Of a stretch of DNA of 64,000 bases, positions 35,080-44,418 are shown piece by piece (position 1 is the first letter of the stretch; each line of letters opens with the position of its first letter). The notes beneath the pieces were generated by a model. The model had not been told where the DNA came from. It saw only the letters and a program-made list of their open reading frames with translations, and ran no database searches. Source of the DNA: Candidatus Aminicenantia bacterium (GTDB taxonomy: Bacteria > Acidobacteriota > Aminicenantia > JdFR-78); assembly GCA_046760445.1 (NCBI GenBank), contig JBHIEE010000001.1, positions 19,497 to 83,496 on the forward strand, read 5' to 3'. A program made the translations under genes and the position numbers.

Positions 35080-37659
35080 TTAAAGATACAAAATTGCATT
35101 AAAAATAAACTTAAAAGTTCCATGTGCCTGGGCCCGATGGATTGGTTTAAAGCCAAACATTATTACTTTTCCTTTTCCAAGAGGACATTCCACTGCAGAT
35201 GCTTTTCCTTGTAATTTTTCTCCATTCTCGATAATTCCACTTAATAAGGGATTGTAATCAGGATAGCGAGCAATAATTTCCCCTTTTTCCACTTCAAAGA
35301 CAGGGCTATTGCGGAAGAAGATGGCTCCGCTGCTGGATAATCCATATCCTACAGGATGTGAATTATCTGTTTTTACTTTAAGAATTGAACCAGGACAGTA
35401 AATTCTTTCTTTCTCTTCATCGCCTCTTTCAGACTGTTTTCGGTGATCTCTCCAGGGTAATAAATTTTTAACCGCAACATCCAGATACTGTATAGCCAAG
35501 TCTGAAGAATGACCAATAGTAATTAGCTTTCCTCCCTGAGTAACAAAATTTTCCAAGCTGGTTATCCCTTTCTGTCCCAGTCCACCGCTATACTGAGGAG
35601 GAACTTCTCCTTTTCTTTGGCCTTCTATTAGAGTCTTTAAATTCATATTGGGCAGGATAATTGTTTGGTATCTCTTAATCAAATCTCCTGCTTTCATTTC
35701 ATCGTTATGAATCGTTCGAAAAGGAAATTCAAATTTTTCAAGCACCCATCTTAGCCAGCCCTCATCCATATTAGGCACCCAGGACTGGTAAATACCCAGT
35801 TGGGGAGGATTGATTCGAGATTTTTTGACTTTTATTTCCTGATTAGTAGAATAAACGCTTACTCCCAGTTCTTTGAGAGAAGCAAGGACAATTTTTCGGC
35901 TGGTTTTATTGACAGGAATAGCAATGCAGCCTGGGGAAAATGATTTTCCTTTGATGGTAAAAGATTGGGATAAGATATAAGGTTGAATATTTTGCTGGAG
36001 TAATCGATTAATTATTTTTACTTCATCGTTAGTTTGGTTGGATAAAAGGTAATATCTGTTTCCTTTACCCGAAATTTTCTCTTCCGGCATGGTAATTTGA
36101 TTAACTGGTATTAAATCAGCCTGAAAAGGATTGGTTACTTCTATTACTTTAACTCCCATTTGTAGAGGAAGAGTCCAGCTTGCTTCGTCATATGGCCTTT
36201 CAAGAATTCCCTTTTGTATTTCTCGGAGGGGATAAACTTTGTATTCCAACAAGTCTTTAATAAATGCCCGGTAAGGCTGAGCAAGAGGAATAACCCAAGT
36301 TCCTGATGGATAGATTACCTTATCTGCTTCAAAAGAATTTTTTGACTGCCGTATTTCAGCTCCACCCCAGTGGAGCACTTTAATTAATTTTAAGGCAGTT
36401 GGATAGTCTCTCTGGTCTAAAGGAACTAGATAAGCAAAAGGTGGTTCGTTTTTCCCTTTTTCAATTTGCCTCTGCCCGAATAAATAATAATTAAACAAAA
36501 ATTCTTTTTTTCGGGTAGCTACTGTTTGGAGAAGAGAAAAACTGATGATTTCTTCATAATCTATGATATCTCTGATTCTCCACCATCCTCCAGGCCAAGG
36601 CTCAAGATAGCTGGATTGTATATCAGAGCCGAAAAATCCTCTTCCTGTAAGTTTAAGCTCCTTTTTTCGGAGAAAAATAGGTGAGGCGATATTAACACTG
36701 GCTGCTTCGGATAAGATGCCAATGACATTGTGTCGTAAAGGAGAGGCTCGATTAGCCATATTATACCAGGCATCAAAAATAGCATGAGTAGCCACCCCCT
36801 TTTTTCCTCGTTGGGTCAGATCCCAAGCCATCTGAGCAGTTATTAAATGGAGTTCTCTTAAAAGAAGAGGATCGATATTAGGATTAATTGGGTCATAGTA
36901 AGGAGGAATGAATAATCGTGCACCATTTTTCCCCATTTGATGCACATCATAAACGATAATAGGAAACCATTCATGGTAAAGAACATTAGTCAAAAGTTGA
37001 GTTTCTTTCTGGCTGACCATAAACCAGTCTCGGTTATTGTCATGTCCGACATAATAATGATATAACCAAGGCATTGGGCAGGCTTCATAAGGGGTATCTA
37101 AATATTTATTGTACCAGTCGTAAACCAAATCAATTCCATCTGGATTGACTGAAGGAATAAGAAGGAGAACCACCTCATTTAAGATTTTAAGTGATTGAGG
37201 ATCATCGGCCGTAGCAAGTTGATAAACCAGTTCCATAGACATTAAAGAAGAGGCGATTTCAGTTGAGTGGATGGAACAGGAAATAAGGACAACTGCTTTT
37301 CCTTGTTCTGATAGTTTTTTTGCTTCTTTCTCAGATATCTTTCTCGGCTCTTGAAGTTTTCGCTGAATAGCTTTAATTTCCTCCAGTCGAGATAAATTCT
37401 CTGGTGAAGAGATAGCCGCCATAATGAATTTACGACCCAGAGTGGATTGCCCAAGATTAAATACTTTTACCCGGGAAGAAGTTTTGTCCAGTTGAGTAAA
37501 ATAATCCACTATCTGAGCCCAATTGGCCAACTTGAAGTCTTCACCAATTTTAAAGCCCAGTATTTCTTCTGGAGGAGGGATTTTTTCCTCTAAAGAAAAT
37601 AAAAAGGATGTTAAAATGAAATACAAGAAGAAAGGAATAATCGATTTTTTCAGTTTCAT
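35080..37659 (-). CDS. M14 family zinc carboxypeptidase-like protein, secreted, with a large C-terminal extension
   Basis: Signal peptide, HSTEI (HxxE), IPSVNPDGIDL, NNRDW. Confidence 0.8.
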   Translation of the reverse strand: MKLKKSIIPFFLYFILTSFLFSLEEKIPPPEEILGFKIGEDFKLANWAQIVDYFTQLDKTSSRVKVFNLGQSTLGRKFIMAAISSPENLSRLEEIKAIQRKLQEPRKISEKEAKKLSEQGKAVVLISCSIHSTEIASSLMSMELVYQLATADDPQSLKILNEVVLLLIPSVNPDGIDLVYDWYNKYLDTPYEACPMPWLYHYYVGHDNNRDWFMVSQKETQLLTNVLYHEWFPIIVYDVHQMGKNGARLFIPPYYDPINPNIDPLLLRELHLITAQMAWDLTQRGKKGVATHAIFDAWYNMANRASPLRHNVIGILSEAASVNIASPIFLRKKELKLTGRGFFGSDIQSSYLEPWPGGWWRIRDIIDYEEIISFSLLQTVATRKKEFLFNYYLFGQRQIEKGKNEPPFAYLVPLDQRDYPTALKLIKVLHWGGAEIRQSKNSFEADKVIYPSGTWVIPLAQPYRAFIKDLLEYKVYPLREIQKGILERPYDEASWTLPLQMGVKVIEVTNPFQADLIPVNQITMPEEKISGKGNRYYLLSNQTNDEVKIINRLLQQNIQPYILSQSFTIKGKSFSPGCIAIPVNKTSRKIVLASLKELGVSVYSTNQEIKVKKSRINPPQLGIYQSWVPNMDEGWLRWVLEKFEFPFRTIHNDEMKAGDLIKRYQTIILPNMNLKTLIEGQRKGEVPPQYSGGLGQKGITSLENFVTQGGKLITIGHSSDLAIQYLDVAVKNLLPWRDHRKQSERGDEEKERIYCPGSILKVKTDNSHPVGYGLSSSGAIFFRNSPVFEVEKGEIIARYPDYNPLLSGIIENGEKLQGKASAVECPLGKGKVIMFGFKPIHRAQAHGTFKFIFNAILYL

Positions 37660-37672
37660 CTTATCACTTTAT

Positions 37673-38620
37673 TTAAATTAAGAACTTACCATCTTTAGCA
37701 ATATAGGTTTCACCTATCTGGATAGTAACTTTTTCTACCAAAGCATCATAGTGGTGTTTGCTCGTGTTTTTTCCCAATCCATAAGAATCGCCCAGCGCAA
37801 AATGGACCGTTCCAAAGGCTTTTTCTGCTTCTAACATATTAGGACAAATTCGGGCATTTTTGTTTGTGCCAATACCAAATTCACCAATAATCAAACCAGT
37901 TTCATCTGAGCCAATATTTTTCACTATTTCTTCAATTCCTTTTCCCTTGAAATTAACTAATTTCCCATTTTTAAATTCCATTTCTCCGTAACCTAATTTG
38001 TCATCAATCAGACTGATGATTATTTTGCCATTGAAAGTTTCTTCTACTGGTGCAGTGTAGCATTCTCCAGCTGGAAGATTACCATGTTTTCCTTTGGTGC
38101 TTATATCACCATTATCGTTTTCCCATTTTCTTCCTTTGACGCTGAATTCAATTTTTGTTCCTTTCTTATTCTCGATTACCACTTGATTGGCATCTTGCAG
38201 AGCCTCGATAACTCGTCTGGTAAAATTATTCATTTCGGTAAAATCAATATTGACCAATCTTTCCATCATATGCCTGGTAATACCAGGCATCATACATATT
38301 CGGCCGTAAGACGAGCCCATTTTGACCATAAAACCTCGGAAAGGTTTTTCTTCAATTCTTGAGTCAAGCATATAAACAGTTACAGTTGCTCTTTTAATCA
38401 TTTCTTCAAAAATTTTAGTTGGTTGGACAATTGGCCTCAGAGTTTCAATCATTAAATAGGTAGTTGTTTCTGCTTCAACTTGCTTTGCCCAGTAAGCCAG
38501 AGCTTCAGCTATTTCCATTTTTTGTTTGTCTGTTACCAAAAGAAAACTTTCCCCTTTTTGAATTTTAAGAGAGTGTTTGACTGCCTTTTCTCCTGCGGAT
38601 AATAATTTTGTCTTTTTCAT
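37673..38620 (-). CDS. Aminopeptidase, M29 (aminopeptidase T-like) family
   Basis: N-terminal GESFLLVTD block, LPAGECYTAPVE and GTVHFALGDSYG, as I remember the family. Sits next to other peptidases. Confidence 0.6.
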   Translation of the reverse strand: MKKTKLLSAGEKAVKHSLKIQKGESFLLVTDKQKMEIAEALAYWAKQVEAETTTYLMIETLRPIVQPTKIFEEMIKRATVTVYMLDSRIEEKPFRGFMVKMGSSYGRICMMPGITRHMMERLVNIDFTEMNNFTRRVIEALQDANQVVIENKKGTKIEFSVKGRKWENDNGDISTKGKHGNLPAGECYTAPVEETFNGKIIISLIDDKLGYGEMEFKNGKLVNFKGKGIEEIVKNIGSDETGLIIGEFGIGTNKNARICPNMLEAEKAFGTVHFALGDSYGLGKNTSKHHYDALVEKVTIQIGETYIAKDGKFLI

Positions 38621-39040
38621 TTTTTTCTCCTTTAAGTTTATAGAGTATTGTCAAGCTTAATCACAGAAGTCTCCTATTATATTAAATCACAAATATATCA
38701 ATGCTTCGCATGCTACAGGGCAAGCAAATTCTAATGACCCCTTCGGCCCGAGCTCAGAACGAGGGCAAATGACCAAAACGATTATCATGATTTCTCTATT
38801 ATAGAAGAGAAATTTTTCCTTAATTCTAAAAAGTTACTTTTTTTAGCAAACTGATAAGTTCGCTCTTCTAAGTCGTAATTACTTGTTTTTTTGTTTCGGT
38901 CATTGGGATTTTGGTCATTGGAACTTATTTGCTTCGCACCGAGGCTCAGTACGAGGTGTAATTTGTGATTTGGAATTTGGAATTTTTTATCATTTGTGTT
39001 CTCTGTGGTTTCTTTCATAATGTTTTACACCTCTTGCTTT
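38621..39040. repeat. 420-bp composite intergenic repeat region
   Basis: Contains mini-palindromes at 38738-38765 and 38931-38958, a 46-nt repeat at 38886-38931 (44/46 to 50449-50494), tttggaa stutters at 38966-38986, and ctctgtggtt at 39003-39012. Confidence 0.7.
38785..38880 (-). pseudogene. Truncated four-helix-bundle (23S rRNA IVS protein / Avd-like family) N-terminal fragment
   Basis: The translation NYDLEERTYQFAKKSNFLELRKNF... resembles the YDLEERT..FAK......K.LPK start of four-helix-bundle proteins, but stops after 31 codons. The upstream part of the track ORF (to 39018) is only translated stutter repeat. Confidence 0.45.
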
Positions 39041-40216
39041 TCATATATGAATTAACTCTTTCTGGGGATGGGAGAGAAACTCTGTTCCATTTTCAGTAAT
39101 CAAAATTATTTCTTCAACTGAAACTACACCATAATCTATAAGATTTATTCTTGGCTCTAAAGTGAAAACCTGGCCTTTTTCTAATTTTTCAAAAGGTCTC
39201 TGACCATACCTTTCCCATCGAGGAGCTAACAACGCTGAGCCATCATGAGCTGTTCTGCCCACTTGATGACCTAAGGCATGTGGATATTCTTCAAAACCTT
39301 GTGATAGGATATAGTTTCGAGCAAGTTTATCTATTTCCCATCCTTGCTTTCCAGGTTTGATTGCCTGGCCAGAAATTTGAATTGCCTCTCGAACTGTTTG
39401 GAATGCTTTTTCTACTTCTTCAGGTGCTTCCTTTTCTCCTTTTCGCCGAAAATACCAAACTCTCTGTAAATCCGAGACATAATTTTCCTTTTTTACACCA
39501 AAATCAATATTGAGAATATGACCTGGTTCAATTTTTCTTTTGGTTGGTCCTGAATGAGCGCCGCCTTCTTGAGGTCCGGTATAGACTGAAGGACAATAAG
39601 CTTCATTCCAAGCAAAGCCCAAGTTTAGTTTTAATGTTTCTTTTTTAATGAAGCGGGCAATCTCTATTTCAGTTAATTCAGGTTTAAAAAACTTAGTCAA
39701 TTGGTTAAATATTTTTTCAGTCGCAGCAATTGCTTCTTTTATTCTTTTTATTTCCTCTTGAGATTTTCTTCCTCTTAAAGCAGAGATAATTTCTTCTGCA
39801 GAGATTAATTTTTTCTGATAGGGAGTGTTGGTTAAATAATCAATAAGAGATAGATACATTCCGTATGTCAGTCCATCAGCAACTTCACTATCTTTGGAAT
39901 AATTAATCGCTATTTTCTGGGGTTTGATTCTATCCAAAACTTTGATTAACTCTTCTCGAATAGAACCAATGTAATCTATTACCTCATCATAAATTTCCTG
40001 ATTTTTTATATTTTCCACATCTAAACTACCGACAATAGCAATTTTTTTCCCAGTGTTGGTTAGAATAAAAGCTGATTGCCAGACACAAGTGGTTCCCAAA
40101 ATAAAATCCAAGATAGGATCAGCCATTACATCTGTTTCCCTGACAAAAGTTAACCACAAATCAATATTTTTTTCTTTTAAAATTTCTATTGCCTGAGCAA
40201 TTTTTTCTCTAGTCAT
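39041..40216 (-). CDS. M24 family metallopeptidase (Xaa-Pro aminopeptidase-like)
   Basis: Creatinase-like N-domain, ILNIDFGV..YVSDLQR, HALGHQVGRTAHDG, VFTLEPRI, VSVEEIILIT. Confidence 0.85.
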   Translation of the reverse strand: MTREKIAQAIEILKEKNIDLWLTFVRETDVMADPILDFILGTTCVWQSAFILTNTGKKIAIVGSLDVENIKNQEIYDEVIDYIGSIREELIKVLDRIKPQKIAINYSKDSEVADGLTYGMYLSLIDYLTNTPYQKKLISAEEIISALRGRKSQEEIKRIKEAIAATEKIFNQLTKFFKPELTEIEIARFIKKETLKLNLGFAWNEAYCPSVYTGPQEGGAHSGPTKRKIEPGHILNIDFGVKKENYVSDLQRVWYFRRKGEKEAPEEVEKAFQTVREAIQISGQAIKPGKQGWEIDKLARNYILSQGFEEYPHALGHQVGRTAHDGSALLAPRWERYGQRPFEKLEKGQVFTLEPRINLIDYGVVSVEEIILITENGTEFLSHPQKELIHI

Positions 40217-40254
40217 GTCGCAGGTCTCATGTCAGCTTGTGGCTTGTGGCTTTA

Positions 40255-42267
40255 TTATTTTGCTGCTCGTTTTGAGTCCCAATAGACATAGTAACAAAGA
40301 GCAATAAAGGCTATAAGGCTGATAATCTCTCCATAGTTGGTGTACCATGTAGCAGGTGTTCCTTCAACCCATTTGCCAGCTTCTTGAATCATAGGAACCC
40401 CAAAGCTGATAAATCTATCTACTTTCGCAACTTTTAAAACAGCAAGCAAAATTCCCATTAAAGCACCTCCAGCAATAAAACCAGAGGCAATTAATGTACC
40501 TCTTTCTTTTCTTTTGTTTCCAATTTTTTCATCTTTACTGGATTTTTTTACAAAGTGAGAGACAAGCCCACCAATTAAAAGAGGAGTTGTTAATGCCAAA
40601 GGAAGATACATGCCTAAGGCAAAAGCTAAAGTTGGAACAACTGACATTTCAACCACCAGAGCTACCAAAGCCCCTATTCCAAAAAGAAGCCAGGTGACTG
40701 GTTCGCGAGACATAAGAGATTGAATAATAGTTGCCATCAAATTTGCTTGGGGGGCAGGAAGGACACCACTTTTAAATGAAAAGGCTTTATCTAAGAGAAA
40801 TATGGCTACACCAATAGCTAAAGCAGCAACTAACACACCTGAAAATTTAAATCTCTCCTGATTTCGAGGAGTGGCACCTAACCAGTAACCGATTTTTAGA
40901 TCAGTGATAAATGATCCAGACAAGGATAAAGCAGTACAAACGACAGCTCCAATTAATAAAGCAACTGCCATTCCTTCTTTACCAGAAAGACCAGCGCCTA
41001 TTAGAATAACACTACTGATAATCAAAGTGATTAGAGTCATTCCGGAAACCGGATTTGTGCCAACAATAGCAATTGCATAAGCAGCCACAGTGGTGAAAAG
41101 AAATGCTAAAACAAAACAAAGCAGTACCCCCAAAATAGCAATTTTAACATTATTAGAAATCCAAAAGAAATAGATGAACAAACAAAGGGTTGTTATTAAG
41201 GTTCCAATAATAATGGTTGACATTTTCAAGTCTGTATCTGTTCTCACTGGATTAGTCAGTGTTCCTTTTTTTCCTTTAAAAATCTCTCTAAATCCAATAG
41301 AAAAAGATTTAATCATAACAGGCATAGATTTGACTATGCCCAAAAATCCAGCCATAGCAATGGCTCCGATTCCTATTTTTTGGACATAGGTTCTAAAAAT
41401 ATCTACTTCAGTCATCTGAGCAATAGGAACTGTGCCAGGATAAATAGGATTGGGAAGATGCTGACCTAAAAACCAAATTAAAGGAATAAATGCAAAATGA
41501 GAGAGAAAACCACCTGCAACTATGACTGCATTGTAGCGAAGGCCAATAATATAACCTAAACCAAGAAAAGCAGATAAGGCATCTATTTTAAGAATCATTC
41601 GTGCTTTTTCACCTATTTTTTGAGCAAAACCTATCCATTGAAAGGTTAACATCTCATTCCATAATTTGACAGCAATAGCTATGAAGTCGTAAATTCCACC
41701 AATAATCATACTTAAGATTAAAACTTTAGCCTGCTCCCCTCCTGTTTCACCGGTGACTAAAATTTCAGTTGTAGCTGTGGCCTCAGGAAAAGGGAGTTTT
41801 CCGTGTTGCTCAGCACAAAAGTATCTCCGCAAAGGTATAAGGAAGAAGATACCTAAGCATCCACCTAAGAAAGCAGACAAAAATATCATCAAGAAATTTA
41901 CAGGTAAATCCAGGATAAAAAGAGCTGGAAGAGTAAATATTGCACCAGCAACAATCACTCCAGAAGCTGCTCCAATTGACTGAATAATAACATTTTCCAG
42001 AATGGTGTTTTTTCGGCTGTACCAAGTACCAATTCCAACAGCCAAAATAGCGATGGGAATAGCTGCTTCAAAGACAGTTCCTACTTTTAGGCCCAGGTAA
42101 GCAGCAGCAAAAGTAAATAAAAGGGTCATAAAGAGACCCCAAGAAACTGAACGAAAAGTAATTTCAGCTACTTTGGATTCAGAAGGAACGTAAGGAGTGT
42201 ATTTTTCCCCTGGTTTTAGTTCCCGATAAGCTTCTGGAGGTAAGGTTTTTTTAGTTGGTTGTGTCAT
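40255..42267 (-). CDS. OPT-family oligopeptide transporter
   Basis: About 16 predicted TM helices. The N-terminal EITFRSVSWGLFMTLLFTFAAAYLGLKVG block is typical of the OPT superfamily. Confidence 0.85.
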   Translation of the reverse strand: MTQPTKKTLPPEAYRELKPGEKYTPYVPSESKVAEITFRSVSWGLFMTLLFTFAAAYLGLKVGTVFEAAIPIAILAVGIGTWYSRKNTILENVIIQSIGAASGVIVAGAIFTLPALFILDLPVNFLMIFLSAFLGGCLGIFFLIPLRRYFCAEQHGKLPFPEATATTEILVTGETGGEQAKVLILSMIIGGIYDFIAIAVKLWNEMLTFQWIGFAQKIGEKARMILKIDALSAFLGLGYIIGLRYNAVIVAGGFLSHFAFIPLIWFLGQHLPNPIYPGTVPIAQMTEVDIFRTYVQKIGIGAIAMAGFLGIVKSMPVMIKSFSIGFREIFKGKKGTLTNPVRTDTDLKMSTIIIGTLITTLCLFIYFFWISNNVKIAILGVLLCFVLAFLFTTVAAYAIAIVGTNPVSGMTLITLIISSVILIGAGLSGKEGMAVALLIGAVVCTALSLSGSFITDLKIGYWLGATPRNQERFKFSGVLVAALAIGVAIFLLDKAFSFKSGVLPAPQANLMATIIQSLMSREPVTWLLFGIGALVALVVEMSVVPTLAFALGMYLPLALTTPLLIGGLVSHFVKKSSKDEKIGNKRKERGTLIASGFIAGGALMGILLAVLKVAKVDRFISFGVPMIQEAGKWVEGTPATWYTNYGEIISLIAFIALCYYVYWDSKRAAK

Positions 42268-42425
42268 CTTATTCTCCTTGTCGTTTTAGCTGTTAGGCTT
42301 TAACTATTAGTTAGAAACTACCTGCCTTCGGCAGTCTAATTCGCTGAAGGCGGATAAGAAACTAAAAGCAAAAGATAATCCTTAGGATTCGGGATTGTTT
42401 CTTACCCGTAGACTTTTTCGATTCA
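42268..42425. repeat. Intergenic repeat region (ttagct stutter, two inverted gccttc hairpin units, ccttaggattcggg module)
   Basis: ttagctgttaggc (42286-42298) resembles the reverse strand of the 44.37-kb gap (ttagctcttagcc). ccttaggattcggg resembles 45567-45589. Confidence 0.5.
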
Positions 42426-44351
42426 TTATTCAAATCGGGATAAAATATCATTATTAACTTCTTCGAAAGCTTTGGAATTAATTTTTATACCAAGTTGTTC
42501 CATTAATTTAGAAAGATAAGAATTTAAAAATTGATTTCTTTTAATAGTTCGTAATTTTTCTCTTTCTTTTTCTTTGTTTTTCCTAAATTCATCTAAATTG
42601 ATTTCTTTCCTTTCTAACACCTTTATCAGAATATATCCTTTGTCAAAACCTAAAGGTCCGCTCACTTTATTTACCTCAATAGAAAATATCTCTTTTTCTA
42701 TTTCTGGATTGATGCCTACTTCAGTTAAGAATCGTCCTCTTTGAAATTTATCTTCTTTTTGGTAATTAACATTAAACTCTTCACTGACCTTTCTCATCTC
42801 TTTTTTGTTCAATTCTCGTTTTATCTGGTTAGCCAATTTTAGAGCTTGTTCTTTCTTCATTTTCTCTTTCAAATCATTTTTTACTTTATCTTTGACTTCC
42901 TCAAATTTAGCTTGGCGAGAAGGCTGGATTTTTTCAAGTTCAACCAGTCCTATTCCCTGATAAGTATAAATTGGTAAGCTTATTTCTTTTTCTTTTATCT
43001 TAAACAGATTTTGACTGATTGCTCCTGAAGGGTCGATATCTTTAATTGCTTCTCCTTTGGTTAAAAACTCCGTAAACTCAACTTTAAAGTTCATTTTTTC
43101 AGCAGCTTTCTTCAGACTTTTTTCCTTCTTTGCTTCTTTTTCTAATTCTTTAATCTTATTTTCAGCCAATTCGCCTGCTTTTTCAAAAAGAATTGTGTCT
43201 TTAATCATTTCTTTTACTTCTTGAAGTGGTCTTATATAGGAAGGTTCTTTTTCGGTGATTTTAATAATTGATAATCCATCTTTTAATTCAATTAAATCAG
43301 AAGTTTCTCCTTGAGGTAAATCTTGGATACTTTTTTGTTCTTCGGCGGATAATCTTCGCCATTCGTATAATCCCCAGTCTCCTCCCTGGTCTTTTTTTTC
43401 ATCCTGAGAATATACTTTTGCCAAGAGAGCAAAGTCTTCACCTTCTTTAATCTTTTCTAAGATATTTCTTGCTTTTTCCTTAAGTTTTTCTTTATCTTGT
43501 TCTTCGTAAGGGAGGTATATTCTGCTTACTTTAATTTTTTCTGGAATTTCAAAGCGAGAAATATTTTCCTGGTAATATTTTTCAATATCTTGGTCAGTAA
43601 CTTTAAATTCAGATTTTAAGTCATCTATCTTGAAAAAAACAAGGATTCCTTTTCTTTTTTCAGGGATTTTATATTTTTTTGGGTTAAGGGCGAAGTACTG
43701 TTTGAGTTGGTTATCATCGGGTTCTCTTTCTAACTCAATTCTTTCGGTGCTAATAGTTAAATATTCTAATCTTGCTGATTCGTTTTCTCTTTTATAATTT
43801 TCCAGAACTTCTTGGTCAGTTACTGGAAGTCCAGCCGTAAGAAGTTGGATAACTTTGTTAATGATAATTTCTTTTCTTAAACCTCGTTCAAATTCCTCAA
43901 CTGAAATTCTATTCCAGCTTAAGATTTTTTTATATTCCTCAAATCCGATGAATTTCCCATTTCTTTGAAAAGCCTCATAACTTAAAATTTTGTCTCTAAT
44001 TTCCTGATCAGTTACTCCTAAGCCCATTTCTTTAGCTAAATGAAGGACTAATCTTTCTTGAATCATTTGACTTAATATCTGTTGAGGAAGGTTGAGCTGT
44101 TCAATTATTTTCCGGTTCAATTCTTTTTTTGATTGATTTCTTAGCATTTGGAGACGTTGAATTAAGGTGTTACGGTAAATCTCAACCGGAATTTTTTCTT
44201 TTCCTATATGAGCAATATATTTAGCTGCCCTTCCTCCGCCTAATCTTCCTGCTCCACCCCAGACAGCGAAAATAGTGATAATAAAAGCAGCAATGACCAG
44301 CCAGAGAGTAGGAGCTAAGGCTTTAATGTTTTTTCTCATTGCTTTGAGCAT
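42426..44351 (-). CDS. ppiD: Periplasmic chaperone / peptidyl-prolyl isomerase, PpiD-like
   Basis: N-terminal anchor MLKAMRKNIKALAPTLWLVIAAFIITIF and a parvulin-like segment VSRIYLPY...ILEKIKEGEDFALLAKVYSQD. Confidence 0.8.
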   Translation of the reverse strand: MLKAMRKNIKALAPTLWLVIAAFIITIFAVWGGAGRLGGGRAAKYIAHIGKEKIPVEIYRNTLIQRLQMLRNQSKKELNRKIIEQLNLPQQILSQMIQERLVLHLAKEMGLGVTDQEIRDKILSYEAFQRNGKFIGFEEYKKILSWNRISVEEFERGLRKEIIINKVIQLLTAGLPVTDQEVLENYKRENESARLEYLTISTERIELEREPDDNQLKQYFALNPKKYKIPEKRKGILVFFKIDDLKSEFKVTDQDIEKYYQENISRFEIPEKIKVSRIYLPYEEQDKEKLKEKARNILEKIKEGEDFALLAKVYSQDEKKDQGGDWGLYEWRRLSAEEQKSIQDLPQGETSDLIELKDGLSIIKITEKEPSYIRPLQEVKEMIKDTILFEKAGELAENKIKELEKEAKKEKSLKKAAEKMNFKVEFTEFLTKGEAIKDIDPSGAISQNLFKIKEKEISLPIYTYQGIGLVELEKIQPSRQAKFEEVKDKVKNDLKEKMKKEQALKLANQIKRELNKKEMRKVSEEFNVNYQKEDKFQRGRFLTEVGINPEIEKEIFSIEVNKVSGPLGFDKGYILIKVLERKEINLDEFRKNKEKEREKLRTIKRNQFLNSYLSKLMEQLGIKINSKAFEEVNNDILSRFE

Positions 44352-44418
44352 CTTTTTGCCTCATAGAGCATATAGCCTTTAGCTCCTAGCTAATGGCTAA
44401 GAGCTAACGACTAATGGC
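44352..44418. repeat. Short intergenic stutter (tagct / taatggct words)
   Basis: agcctttagctcctagctaatggctaagagctaacgactaatggct. Confidence 0.4.

Noticed and set aside
38785-39018. 77-aa minus-strand ORF taken as an intact gene
   Set aside because: The first ~46 codons are translated stutter repeat (KKFQIPNHKLHL, NDQNPNDR). Only the last 31 codons look protein-like (four-helix-bundle start), and the frame then stops. I treat it as a truncated remnant.
38621-39040. Diversity-generating retroelement, because of the Avd-like four-helix-bundle fragment
   Set aside because: There is no reverse transcriptase, no template/variable repeat pair and no target gene in the window, and the fragment is truncated.
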